Of a DNA stretch of 64,000 bases, positions 1 to 15,494 are shown piece after piece. Location of the stretch: contig OZ024741.1 in assembly GCA_964016885.1 (NCBI GenBank), forward strand, positions 302,188,001-302,252,000. The letters are read 5' to 3'. Both the position numbers and the translations under genes were made by a program. Within the stretch, counting starts at the first letter, position 1. The number at the start of each line of letters is the position of its first letter. The notes below the pieces were generated by a model. It saw only the letters and a list, made by a program, of their open reading frames with translations, did no database searches and was not told the DNA's origin. Source of the stretch: Eledone cirrhosa. Taxonomy: Eukaryota.

Positions 1-774
1 TGTACACATACACACATATATATGTATGCATATATACACGTATGTATCTATCTATCTATATATATATATATATATATAGTAAACTTTGTCTCTCTCCATT
101 CTTTTATTTTAATCATTATTTCAACACAATTGACTTAAACCTTCCCTCTGATTTGTTCATGTATTTCCAACCATTTGTAAAATGCCTGAGAGTGTTTTCA
201 TCGTTATGACATCGTTTCCTTTGACGATTTTTCCTTTTTGGAAATTAAATGGGGAGCCAGTAAGTGACCTTCGTTCGTGCCACAACTCTCTCTGTTGTGG
301 CCTATATGTTAATGAGACAAGCAATTCAATAACAGTTCAGTATTATCCCCTTTAATTCCATAACATTTTTTTTTTCGATATATTTATAGTGATTCAACTT
401 GACATAATAAAATGTGGTAGATAATGTCCCTTCCCCATCCAATCGTGATTACAAATCGGACAGTTTTTTTTTCCTGATAAACATAGCCCAACCTGTATGT
501 GAATTGTAGTTATTGTTCGAAACTGATGCAGTTCCCTCAGTACTCTCGCATGAGAGACCACTCAATCAACGATTTCCACTTGCTAATCTGCTTGCTATTA
601 TTTTTATTCTCAAATATCTTCTTTACTTGTCAATCTAATTATATTTATGTATGTGTAGGCTTGCCTCAAAAATTATTTGTAGCAATATATATATATATAG
701 TTTAATATCTCTTTTTTAAATGTGTTTTGTGTGATTCCTTTTATGAGCGGCGTTTATGTATGTATTTATATGTG

Positions 775-3280
<2,506 letters not shown>

Positions 3281-3554
3281 TTCATTTATTATGACTAAGT
3301 AGTGAGGCTTGACACTTCTGAGTAACAAGACCCACCACTTAGCCATAATAAATGAATATTTCAACTCCACTTCGGTATTGAGTACTCATTCTCACGTACG
3401 CCAATAATACACACACACACACATTATATATAAACAGGACTCTGACTTGACCTTAATAAATATTATCAATCTGTGTTATGGTATTATTGAGTTCTCATTC
3501 TTTCGATCGTCAATACTACATATATTGTCTATTTACTATCTGTATGGACTGAGT

Positions 3555-4030
3555 TTTTTAACCCCTGGTCAGCTGATTTAGCAGACCTGTGATCAAAGGC
3601 GTTCTAATGGTGATCATCACGTTTTTTTTTCTTTCTGATAGTGTATCTGGAACAAGATTATACAAAAGGCCTTTTTATTTTTAAAACAATAGAATGTGCT
3701 TTGAGGATGATGTTTAGCTGGTCGAACCACCACGTAGTGGTTTTCTCGTTGGCTCTGTAAATATTGTTATGTAGTGAGTGTGTAGGGGAACATTCATTCT
3801 CTTTCTCTTTTTTGGGACAGTCGCTGAAGGGTTTTGGATGTTGGTCACTTGATTGAAAATATAGTAGCTCTGTTTGTTTATTTTGGTCACGTTATATATA
3901 CATTTTCTCACGCACATTCGCGAGCGTGTTATCGAGTAGACATATGGTCAAATGTGTTCCAGCCATGACTATCACGTCTTATTTTAAGAAATTCCTTATT
4001 TGACAGTGTGATTTAGCTTCTAAATTTTAG
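3555..4030 (-). repeat. Degenerate old interspersed repeat remnants (probable SINE 3' parts); related copy in opposite orientation at ~6195-6320
   Basis: Two similar motifs (GATCAAAGGCGTTCTAATGGTGATCATCAC and GGTCAAATGTGTTCCAGCCATGACTATCAC) with loose reverse-complement similarity at 6.2-6.3 kb; compared by eye only. Confidence 0.35.
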
Positions 4031-4920
4031 CAAGTCGTTGGTTCGCCTGTGAGGCCCTTTTTTTATCCTTATGCTTATGTGTGAACATGGAAGCAATTGA
4101 TGTTCTTTCGTCTTAAGCAGACAGCGATCGCCGTACATTTTAAAATGTAAATAAACGGTACCTGATTGATTTGTAAATGTAAATTTAGTCATTTATTAGT
4201 AAAAGGAAAGGAAATGGGACATAACTTTATCTCTTTTCCATGTGCCTGCAGGAATTTTCTGTATGTAAATTCAGCATGATTTGTTTGTAGAATAAAATGT
4301 TTAGAATTTAATTATGTCCGATACAGGTTAAAGAAAATTGTTGTAATTGATTTTGAAAGAATATAAACAAAATTATAAATCGGAGATTGCCATCAACTTA
4401 AAATGAAAGAAGGCTCTACAGTCCCCCCCCCCCCCCTCATTTTCTTTACTCACAACTTTCGTAATTCATATTTTTTAATGACGTTTTGTTGCAAGACTAC
4501 GATAATGTTGATGAAATTAAAATATCTTTCTAGACTTTTTTTCATTTACTGAATTCTTCTGTGTTTATAGTTGCCTAAAAGTGAATTCGAATCCTTTTAC
4601 ACCTTGCTTTCTAATTTCAAGTTATTGATAAATAATTGCAATCTAAATGTCATAGATTTTTTTTTTTTTACATGAACGTAATGCGATTTCTACTTCTAGA
4701 TATTGCAAATATATATATAAACATTTCATCAGCATAGGCGTGATGTACATCTCGGAAAAGTTACATCGAAAACGTGTATTAAGATGGTTATGAGGAAACA
4801 AATTGTAATTATGTCAAAAGCGAAAGATAAAATATAGGCGTTTGTATCTTATATTGGTAAATTTCGGTGATCTTATATCATATATTGGCACTTCACCGCA
4901 CACGATGAATTAATGTAAGC

Positions 4921-5090
4921 CAGTAATATAATCCGAACTAATTTATTCCAAATTAAGGTTGGGGTTAAGGTTAACACGTTTTCTGTTTGTAAGACTGTCG
5001 ATCTGGAATCAGTGAATTATAGGAAATGCATTGAATTAACCCTGACCCTTAACTCTAATTTGGAATAAATTAGTTCAGATTATATTATTG
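4921..5090. mobile_element. MITE-like fold-back element with ~50-bp imperfect terminal inverted repeats
   Basis: AATATAATCCGAACTAATTTATTCCAAATTA at ~4925 vs TAATTTGGAATAAATTAGTTCAGATTATATT at ~5057 (1 mismatch); non-coding spacer. Confidence 0.65.
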
Positions 5091-5191
5091 TCATATTTAT
5101 ATTAACTTATTATGGAAGAGAGAGAGGTGGGGCTATTCGGGTAAAAAGCACCCATACAGTTACCATACTAACCGATTTATATATATATATA

Positions 5192-5375
5192 TAGCATTAT
5201 CGGTAGAGGGTCGGACGTCATGCTTTGACGCATAGAATTACGACCCTTTCCATTCTGAGTTCAAATCCCGCTGAGGTCAACTTTGCCTTTCATCCTTACG
5301 GGGTCGATAAAATAAAGTACCAGTACATCACTTTGCCATTTATTTTTCAATGATCGATAAAATAGGTACCAGTGA
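5192..5375 (+). mobile_element. tRNA-derived SINE with conserved central domain and a partial internal duplication
   Basis: B-box-like GAGTTCAAATCC, then GAGGTCAACTTTGCCTTTCATCCTTACGGGGTCGATAAAATAAAGTACCAGT (resembles a widely shared metazoan SINE central domain; from memory); degenerate repeat of it at 5331-5373. Confidence 0.65.
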
Positions 5376-5892
5376 AGTAACGTTGTAGATATAATCAGCT
5401 ATAACTCTCCCCCCATCCTTTGTCTAAGCTTGTGATCATATTATACCCACATTCCAACTTGTATTTTAACCTCTTCATTGCCATATTTTTCATGAAAAAC
5501 ACTATCCTTTACATTAAAGTATGGTGGGAGGTTTTTAGACAAATATAAACTCTTTAAAACAAACTGCTCTGTATAGTAGAACTAGGAGCGGTTTCAGGCA
5601 GTTTTAGTTTTCGTTTTCGTTTTTTATTGAATGTTAAATGCATTGACTTGGTGGTTACTTTGATAGCAAACGAATGAGGAGGGAGTAATCACATGTGTCT
5701 ACCAATCTCTTTTCCGTGAAGTTATTAAATGGAAGGTTACTATAAAACAAAGTACACATGCATGCACACGTTCAGACAAATACGCATACAAAGACCGAGT
5801 TCAGAAAATCAACTTGTCAATATAGAATTTCTCACTATGAGCGATCTTAAGATGAACGTTCACGGCTATAGTTATTTACATACTAATCAACC

Positions 5893-6030
5893 AAGACGAG
5901 GAGCAGCTTTAGAACGGCGGATGGAATGATTCCCAGTATTTGTTTCGACTCTGCGCTGTGATCTGAGTTCATATCTCACCGAGGCCAACTCTGCCTTTCA
6001 TCCTTTTGTGGCTGCGTAAAGTTTCAGTTT
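5893..6030 (+). mobile_element. Older copy of the same SINE
   Basis: CTGAGTTCATATCTCACCGAGGCCAACTCTGCCTTTCATCCTTTTG aligns with 5254-5300. Confidence 0.55.
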
Positions 6031-6335
6031 GAGTATTAAGCCTCATTCTTTCTCTATACTTGCTTTCTTAATCGTCCATTTCTCAGGAGAAAACGGCTGT
6101 GTTCAAACACGGCCTGAGTAACAACGACGCACCCACGACCCCATCAGGGATTAAGAACCCATAGCATGCTATGGCAATTAAGGCGATGCCACGGGGTTGT
6201 TCGATCTGCTAGAAATAGTAGCAATATTTGCTTCGAATTAAATCATCTTATAAATACGGAAGGCTACATTGAGCAATATTGTCGTTAATACACTAAATGA
6301 CTGGTGGTCACGGTTGCTTCATTGGAAAAAATCAT

Positions 6336-6461
6336 TATACTTATCCAAGTACCCTGGGCAATGTAGTTTCAGAATATATATGATCATGGGGGTCTATCTC
6401 CTAAACCATAGGAGTTCGTGAACAAACAAACAGACAGGAACTACAACTTTATATATATAGA
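6336..6461 (-). mobile_element. Inverted 5' fragment of the Helitron-like element at 6542
   Basis: Near-exact reverse complement of 6542-6660. Confidence 0.7.
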
Positions 6462-6489
6462 TGTGTGTGTGTGTGTATATGCATGTATG

Positions 6490-6541
<52 letters not shown>

Positions 6542-7080
6542 TCTATATATATAAAGTTGTATTTCCTGTCTGTTTGTTTGAACTCCTATGGTTTTGGAGA
6601 TAGACCCCCATGATCATATATATTCTGAAACTACATTGCCTAGGGTACTTGGATAAGTATATTTCATTTTAATCAAAGGGTACCCCGGGGGCACAAACCC
6701 ATGCTGAAAATGTTTTCCCTTCAATTTATATCAAATTTAAACCATAGGTAAATGACAAGATATGATGCCTATTCACAAAATTTCAGCAAATTTCAATAAT
6801 ATTAAGACACCCAAATAGGGGTTAAACCCCCTATAGTGAAAATTTTGGCCAATAAATGCAACAAGATTTCACAAACTCCTCTTATGGTTTTGGAGAAAGA
6901 CCCCCATAACCATATATATTCTGAAACTACATTGCCCAGGGTACTTGGATAAGTATATTTCATTTTAATCAAAGGGTACCCTGGGGGCACAAACCCACAC
7001 TGAACATTTTTTCCCTTCAATTTATATGAAATTTAAACCATAGGTAAATGACAAGATATGAGGCCTATTCACAAAATTTC
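6542..7080 (+). mobile_element. Non-autonomous Helitron-like element with ~300-bp internal tandem repeat, truncated
   Basis: Starts A|TCTATATATATAAAG followed by TGTCTGTTTGTTTG, a typical animal Helitron 5' end; 6582-6785 recurs at 6875-7080; no 3' hairpin/CTAG seen. Confidence 0.5.
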
Positions 7081-7394
7081 TGCCAGGGCGTCTGTACTTG
7101 TAGATTTTTGTCTGGAACAGGTAGAGCTCCTCTGTAGCACTGCAAGGCCAGAGACCTATCGAAGTTATCCATAGGCCCTGGACAGAAAGCCCTCCTGAAC
7201 AGACTGGTCAGTTCGTCCTCGATGCCTAGAGTTTCCTCGAGAACGTAGTCGGACTTTTCCTCCACTAATCCCCTATAGAATGTCGAGGTGGAGTCTCCAC
7301 TGTTTGCCGTTTCCGCTTGGTAGAGGGCGGTAAGCGCCTGAAGGCACTCGAGGTGCCAGGCGCCCATTTTCGGTCTTTGCTTGACCCAGGACTG
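7081..7394 (-). mobile_element. Tx1/L1-like LINE ORF2 C-terminal fragment
   Basis: QSWVKQR...FYRGLV...GPMDNFDRSLALQCYRGALPV matches the ORF at 26367-27173. Confidence 0.85.
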
Positions 7395-7445
7395 ATATAC
7401 ATACATGGATAGATATATGTTATCTGTGTTCTAACTTTAGATTTA

Positions 7446-7486
7446 TACTCTGATGATCTGCTGCTTGGATGAAACGGTTGTTAGTA
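7446..7486 (+). ncRNA. Degenerate type I hammerhead ribozyme (Penelope pLTR-like)
   Basis: TACT-CTGATGA-TCTG ctgct TGGA T-GAAA-CGGTTG-TT-AGTA: 4-bp stem I, intact core boxes, wobble-rich stems II and III. Confidence 0.5.
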
Positions 7487-7675
7487 ATTAAATATTCTTA
7501 AACGCTCTCCGATTGTTATATTTTCTCCACCACCTCCATTCTACTCTCAAGCCCTTCCTCCAACCTCCCCCCTCCCCCCTAGATGCATCCAATAATGTAC
7601 CTGTTATTTTCATCTAAAGATTTTTTTCCTATTCCAACTCACCCGTCGCCTCACTCTATCTTCTTTCTCATTCTT

Positions 7676-7711
7676 TCTTCTGATGAAGGACTGGCGTCCG
7701 AAACGTTAGGA
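7676..7711 (+). ncRNA. Minimal hammerhead-like motif (Penelope pLTR-like)
   Basis: TCTT-CTGATGA-A-GGAC tggc GTCC-GAAA-CG-TT-AGGA; perfect stem II, weak stem I. Confidence 0.5.
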
Positions 7712-7847
7712 CACTCTTCCTACTATATCAAGCGTTAACCTAATATATCCCTTCCATATACTGTACAGATTGTGTTGTTATTTCTGTTTACCTTTTACAT
7801 ACATATATATATATACATACATATATATATATATATACATACATATA

Positions 7848-8101
7848 TCATCATCATCATCAACGTTTAACGTCCGTGTTCCACGCTTGCATGGGTTTGG
7901 ACGGGGGTAGTCCCACTTGAGGCAAGAGTGATTGTCTTGCTCGCATAGGACTGTCTGGCAGGTTTTCTACAGTTGGATGCCCTTCCTAACACCAACAACA
8001 TTTACAGTGTGGGTCTGGGAGGTTTTTACCGTGTTGCCTACACAGTCACATTACAGCGTGGACTGTGTGTTTTTTTGTCGTGACACCTACACGATCTCAT
8101 T
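7848..8101 (-). mobile_element. RTE subfamily A 3'UTR fragment with (GAT)n tail
   Basis: Matches 10073-10321 and 30222-30480. Confidence 0.9.
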
Positions 8102-8129
8102 TATATATATACGTATACACATATATACG

Positions 8130-8169
<40 letters not shown>

Positions 8170-8267
8170 TACATATATATATATATACGTATACACATAT
8201 ATATATATATGTGTATATATATATATGTGTATATATATGTATATATGTATATATGTATATATATGTA

Positions 8268-8312
<45 letters not shown>

Positions 8313-8315
8313 GTA

Positions 8316-8363
<48 letters not shown>

Positions 8364-9047
8364 CGTATACATATATATATATGTGTATATATATATGTAT
8401 ATATGTATATATATATGTATGTATATATGTATATATATATGTATATATATATGTATATATATATGTATATATATATGTATATATATATGTATATATATAT
8501 GTATATATATATGTATATATATATGTATATATATATGTATATATATATGTATATATATATGTATATATATATGTATATATATATGTATATATATATGTAT
8601 ACATATATATATGTATATATGTATATATATGTATATATGTATATATATGTATATATGTATATATATATGTATATATATGTGTATATATATGTATATATAT
8701 ATGTATATATATATATATGTATATATATATATGTATATATATATATGTATATATATATATATGTATATATATATATGTATATATATGTATATATATATAT
8801 GTATATATATATATATGTATATATATATATGTATATATATGTATATATATATGTATACATATATATATATGTATATATATATGTATATATATATGTATAC
8901 ATATATACATATGTATATACATATATATATGTATATATATATGTATATATATATGTATATATATATGTATATATATATGTATATATATATGTATACATAT
9001 ATATATGTATATATATATGTATATATATATGTATACATATATATATG

Positions 9048-9082
<35 letters not shown>

Positions 9083-9319
9083 GTATATATATGTATACAT
9101 ATATATATGTATACATATATATATGTATACATATATATATGTATATACATATATATATGTATATATATGTATGTATATATGTATATACATATATATATGT
9201 ATATACATATATATATGTATATATACATATATATATGTATATACATATATATATGTATATATATGTATGTATATATGTATATACATATATATATGTATAT
9301 ACATATATATATGTATATA

Positions 9320-9353
<34 letters not shown>

Positions 9354-9743
9354 TATATATGTATGTATATATATGTATATATATATGTATATATATGTAT
9401 ATATATATGTATATATATGTATATATATATGTATATATATGTATATATATATGTATATATATGTATATATATATGTATATATGTATATATATGTATGTAT
9501 ATATGTATGTATATATGTATATATATATGTATATATATATGTATACATATATATATATATACGTATACACATATATGTATATATGTATGTATATATGTAT
9601 ATATATATGTATATATATATGTATACATATATATATATATACGTATACACATATATGTATATATGTATATATATGTATATATATATGTATATATATATGT
9701 ATACATATATATATATATACGTATACACATATATATATATATG

Positions 9744-9778
<35 letters not shown>

Positions 9779-10072
9779 GTATATATATATGTATATATAT
9801 ATGTATATATATATGTATATGTATATGTATATGTATATATATATGTATATATATATGTATATATATATGTATATATATATGTATATATATATGTATATAT
9901 ATATGTATACATATATATATGTATACATATATATATGTATATATGTATATGTATATATATATATGTATATATATATATGTATATATATATGTATACTTAT
10001 ATGTATATATATATGTATACTTATATGTATACATATATATATGTATACATATATATATATATGTATATATAT
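8102..10072. repeat. (TA)n microsatellite with TG interruptions
   Basis: Directly visible. Similar tracts at 13856-14595, 18757-20117, 22244-23116, 33743-35029, 39028-40260, 42582-45232, 49125-50970, 52667-54588, 55439-56038, 57132-58170 and 58809-59857. Confidence 0.97.
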
Positions 10073-13000
10073 ATCATCATCAGGTTTAGCGTCCGTGTTC
10101 CATGCTTGCATGGGTTTGGACGGGGGTTTTCCCACTTGAGGCAAGAGTGGTTGTCTTGCTCGCATAGGACTGTCTGGCGGGTTTTCTACAGTTGGATGCC
10201 CTTCCTAACACCAACCACATTTACAGTGTGGGGCTGGGAGGTTTTTACCGTGTTGCCTACACGGCCACATTTACAGCGTGGACTGTGTGTTTTTTTGTCG
10301 TGACACCTACACGATCTCATTTGTTTCGACCTGGATGTTGTGGGACCAACATAACTGTACATTGAAAGGGGCGGTGTGGATGGGGTGGAGGTGGTGGGAC
10401 GGGGGGGTGTTTTGATAGAGATGCCTACTAACTGTAGTAGGTTTTTACTTTGTATTTAGGTAAGGCGGGTCTTCTCTATTACTGAGTACCGCCAAAGGTC
10501 TCGGTCCAGTGACATTGTCTTGGAGAGGTGTAAGCGTGTGAGGTCGGAATTTATCAGCTCGTCCCATGTTTTTCTGGGTCTGCCTACTCCGTGGCTACCG
10601 TCTATCTTTATTGCCCTGCACTTTGTTATACAGCTGTCGTCTTTCATGCGCATCACGTGACCGTACCAACGTAGCCTTCTCTCAAGTAAACAACATCTGA
10701 TCCCTCTTATTTCTAATTTTTTCCTTAGTTCGTTTATGCTTTGCCGTTCACGTATATTACTATTGCACATCCAGCGGAGCATGCAAGCTTCGTTCCTCTC
10801 TAGTCTGCGTATATCCTCTGCACACAATGCCCATGTCTCACTGCCATGCAGCATTGCTGTTCGTATGCAGGCATCGTATAACCTGCCTTTCATTTTTAGG
10901 GAGAACCCTCTAGCGGCTAATAGTGGTATAAGCTCTCTGAACTTTTTCCATCCTGTTCTGACTCTAGCTACTGTACTTTCAGAGCACCCTCCACCACTGC
11001 TGATTTGGTCACCCAGGTAACGGAAAGTGTCCACTATTTCTATAGAACTATCTGAGCAATAGAAGGAGCTAGTATCCTCTGGGCACATGCTACTTATTGC
11101 ACCTGAGCATCGGCGACATGTAAAATCTATGTTCTTAGTTAGCTTACCTGTGATCCCACTACATCTTTTATGCACCCATACTTTGCATTTGGGACATAAA
11201 ATGGAGTTTCTACCTACGCCTTTCCTACACACTGAGCATGGCCATTTCCCAGATGGGACTGCCGCCATATTTTCTTTCCTACAAACTAGAACTTTTGTCT
11301 TAGCCAGGTTAATTTTAAGGCCTTTTGATTCTAGGCCGTGCTTCCATGTTTGGAATTTCTTCTCTAGTTCGGTCATTGATTCAGCTATGAGCGTTAGATC
11401 ATCTGCGTATAGGAGTTCCCATGGGCAGCCGGTCTTGAACTCCTCTGTTATAGCCTGAAGGGCAATAATAAATAGTAAGGGGCTAAGAACAGAGCCCTGA
11501 TGGACACCAACTTTTACGCTAAACTCTTCACTATATTCGTTGTTAATTCTAACCTTACTGACTGTTTCTTTATACATGGCTTGTATAGCTCGCACAAGCC
11601 ATTCGTCAACACCTAGTTTTCTAAGAGCCCACCAGATAATGGAACGGGGGACTCTGTCGAAGGCTTTCTCCAAGTCGACGAAAGCTAAGTATAGGGGTTT
11701 ACTTTTAGCTAGGTACTTCTCCTGTAGTTGTCGTACAATGAAAAGAGCGTCTGTGGTACTTTTGCCTGACACAAATCCGAACTGCATTTCATCTAGATCA
11801 ATTCTCTCTCTGATTAGTTGCGCTATTACTTTTTCCGTGACCTTCATGACCTGGTCGATTAATTTAATGCCTCTATAGTTACTCCTATCTAGGGCATCTC
11901 CTTTTCCCTTATAGCAGTTAACGATGATGCTGCTACGCCAGTCCTTCGGAACAACCCCATTCTGTACGACTTGGTTTACTATCCGGGTGACCATGGTGTG
12001 TCCCACCGAACCAGATGCCTTCAGCATCTCAGCAACTATTTCCGAAGGACCAGCCACCTTACCCGTCTTCATATCTTTGATTGCCTTGCTTATTGTACTA
12101 CCCTGGACTAACACTGCTGGTCCCTCTATTGGGTCGATGTGGGGGAGACTGTCTTTCTCCCATTTGTTCTCCTCATTTAGAAGCCTTTCGTAGTGACACT
12201 TCCAAGCTACCTTCTTATCAGCGTCGGTGATGGCAAGTATGCCATCATCGTTAAGCACACACTTCTCCCCGACAATATCACGGTTTTCCTTGACACATTG
12301 CCTGGCAATCCTGAACACCTCACGTTTTTGGTCCTCACGTTGTAGAACATGCTTGAACTTTCTTTCCTCTGCTTCCCTTCTTGCGAAGTACACTTGTCTC
12401 CTAGCTTCCCTCCTGGCTACCTGATAGTCTTCTCTACTTCCCCCATCCCGCCATGCTTTCCAAGCCTGCTTTTTGGCCTTAATTGACTCCTCCACCTTAC
12501 TGTTCCACCACCATGTTACTCTCCTCCTACCTACAGGCCTGCTCCAGCCACAGACTTCGTCTGCCGCCATCAGCAGGTTTGCTCTCAGGAATTCCCACTG
12601 TTCCTCTATATTATACGACTCTAATTGCTCTTCCTTACTGTCGAAAGCGTCAAGTAATATGCTTTGAAATTTATTTCTGGCTATGGGGTCCTTTAGCTTC
12701 CATATTTTTCTCCTGAGGATAGTCCTCTTCCGCTGTCTAGTACGTCTCGTCCTGACTATGAGGTCGCTAATTATCAGTCTATGTTGGGAGGTGAATTCTT
12801 CATGGGGGAGGGATTTAGTGTTAACAACAGACACTCTGTCACGTCTTCTGGTAAGGATATAATCTACCTAGCTTGTGTGTTCCCCCGATCTATAGGTGAT
12901 CAAGTGATTGTCTCGTTTTTTGAAGTTAGTGTTACAGATAGTTAAGTTATTTGCGTCGCAGAATTCCAGGATTCTGGAGCCTTCCTCATTTCTAGTACCG

Positions 13001-13855
13001 AACCCATAGCCTCCATGGATTCCGTCATAGCCGTCACAATGCTGTCCAACGTGACCATTTAGGTCGCCTGCAATAACTATATAGTCACTGTCGGTTATTT
13101 GGGAGGTAGCGAGCATCAGTGTCTCGTAGAATCTGTCTTTTATAGCACCGGGCAGTCCGGATTGTGGTGCGTACGCAGATATTACTGTCACCGTAGTTTT
13201 ATTGAGGACAAGTCTTATTTTAATTATTCTGTCGTTCACTCTATTTACGTCTATTATCTTATCTGCCCACTTTTCTGCTACCATGATTCCTACCCCACCC
13301 AACCCATTGTCATTTCCCACCCAGAAAAGCTTATAGCATCGTTCTTTACCCACGATGAATCTAGCCGACCCTCCCCTCCACCTGGTCTCTTGAATACAAC
13401 AAACATCGACCTCCTTACGTTCAAGCATTTCTACAACCTCGTTAGAGCGACCCTTTAAGGTGCCTACATTCATGGTACCAACTCTGAAGTTTTGGATTGC
13501 GTTTGGAGGGTGGGGGGCGGGGGGAGATGGGGTTATGTTAGCCATCCTGGGCCGAAACAAGGCGGAGTGCTTGCATTCTCGTCCACGAGGTGAATTTGTC
13601 TTTATCTTTGGCATTGTCGCTGAGCGTCCACATTTTTCTCTCTTCAACTCTCCAGAATTCCGTAGTCTATCCATCATATCGAAAAGCAACCAGTTAGGCG
13701 ATAGTATGGGCCTCTGACTTATGATTGGTCCACGTAATAATGGTGGTGCGTGGGGGCGGGTGGGAGGGACGATGTGTTGTTAGCGAGAATGTAAGGTTTA
13801 AGATAAGATCGCTGTATTTTGGGCATAATTTAACAAACGAAAATACAAGATTTGA
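10073..13855 (-). mobile_element. RTE-clade LINE, subfamily A, near full length
   Basis: Single APE+RT frame (GTMNVGTL, CIQETRW, AGDLNGHVG; DLEKAFDRV, GVHQGSVLSP, YADD), 3'UTR and (GAT)n tail; microsatellite on both sides. Confidence 0.95.
10456..13689 (-). pseudogene. RTE APE-RT polyprotein interrupted by one nonsense codon
   Basis: ORFs 12868-13689 and 10456-12834 are in frame; TAG at 12868-12870 replaces CAG (HTSQVDY in the 30.6-33.6 kb copy). Confidence 0.9.
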
Positions 13856-13999
13856 TATATATGTATATATATATATGTATATATATATATGTATATATAT
13901 GTATATATATATATATATATGTATATGTATATATATATGTATATATATATATATATATGTATATGTATATATATATGTATATATATATGTATATATATG

Positions 14000-14032
<33 letters not shown>

Positions 14033-14043
14033 GTATATATATG

Positions 14044-14076
<33 letters not shown>

Positions 14077-14111
14077 GTATATATATGTATATATATATGT
14101 ATATATATATG

Positions 14112-14144
<33 letters not shown>

Positions 14145-14231
14145 GTATATATATATGTATATATATATATATGTATATGTATATATATATATATGTATAT
14201 ATATATGTATATATATATGTATATATATATG

Positions 14232-14264
<33 letters not shown>

Positions 14265-14595
14265 GTATATATATATGTATATATATATATATGTATATAT
14301 ATATGTATATATATATGTATATATATATGTATATATATATATGTATATATATATGTATATATATATGTATATATATATGTATATATATGTATGTATATAT
14401 ATATATGTATATATATGTATATATATATATATGTATATATATGTATATATATATATATGTATGTATATATATATATGTATATATATATATGTATGTATAT
14501 ATATATATATGTATATATATGTATATATATATATATGTATGTATATATATATATGTATATATATATATGTATGTATATATATATATGTATATATA

Positions 14596-15294
14596 TCATC
14601 ATCATCATCATCATCATCATCATTTTACGTCCGCTTTTCCCTGCTTGCAAGGGTGGGACGGGTCTTATTCAGCACAGCATCTCTCCACTCGTCACGGTCC
14701 CTCGTCATCTCCACCGTGAGCTTCAATGATCTGAGGTCTGTTCTCACCACCTCCGCCCATGTTTTTCGTGGTCTACCTCTACTACGTCTTCCTTCAACTG
14801 GCATTTCCTGGCACTTCTTCACCCATCGGTCATCCTCCATGCGCATCACATGTCCATACCACCTCAGTCTCCTCTCCCGTACACTACATTCTATCCCTCT
14901 CAGACACAGTTTCTCTCTCAACACATTTATGCTGGGTCGTTCACGCACATTTACACTGCACATCCAACGGAGCATGCTTGCCTCATTTCTCTCCAGCCGT
15001 CGCATATCTTCTGCGGTAGCTGCCCATGTCTCACTACCATGCAGCATCGCGCTCCTCACACAGGCATCATACAACCGGCCTTTCGTATGCAGGGAGAAAC
15101 CCTTCTTCGTCAACAGAGGAAGCAGCTCCCTAAACTTCTTCCAACCCGTCCTTATTCTAGATACTATGGCCTCGGAACACCCTCCTCCCATGCTAATCTG
15201 ATCTCCTAGGTACCGGAAGCTATCCACCACTTCTATAGCGCCCTCTCGCATTTGAAAAATGTGTCTATCAGTGCGACTTCTACTGTCTAATTTC
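14596..15294 (-). mobile_element. RTE subfamily C 3' fragment, runs into the assembly gap
   Basis: FRYLGD...LHGSETW...RRLRWYGHV...GRPRKTW; stop codon followed immediately by the (GAT)n tail. Confidence 0.92.
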
Positions 15295-15494
15295 NNNNNN
15301 NNNNNNNNNNNNNNNNNNNNNNNNNNNNNNNNNNNNNNNNNNNNNNNNNNNNNNNNNNNNNNNNNNNNNNNNNNNNNNNNNNNNNNNNNNNNNNNNNNNN
15401 NNNNNNNNNNNNNNNNNNNNNNNNNNNNNNNNNNNNNNNNNNNNNNNNNNNNNNNNNNNNNNNNNNNNNNNNNNNNNNNNNNNNNNNNNNNNNN
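15295..15494. other. Assembly gap (200 N)
   Basis: Run of N. Confidence 1.

Noticed and set aside
10736-13717. Short ORFs antisense to the LINE ORFs (also at 30.6-33.7 kb and 60.9-63.5 kb)
   Set aside because: Shadow ORFs; they recur only because the LINE copies are similar.
13690-13855. HDV-like ribozyme at the RTE 5' end
   Set aside because: I could not find the nested double-pseudoknot pairings by eye, and the element may be 5'-truncated; needs a descriptor search.
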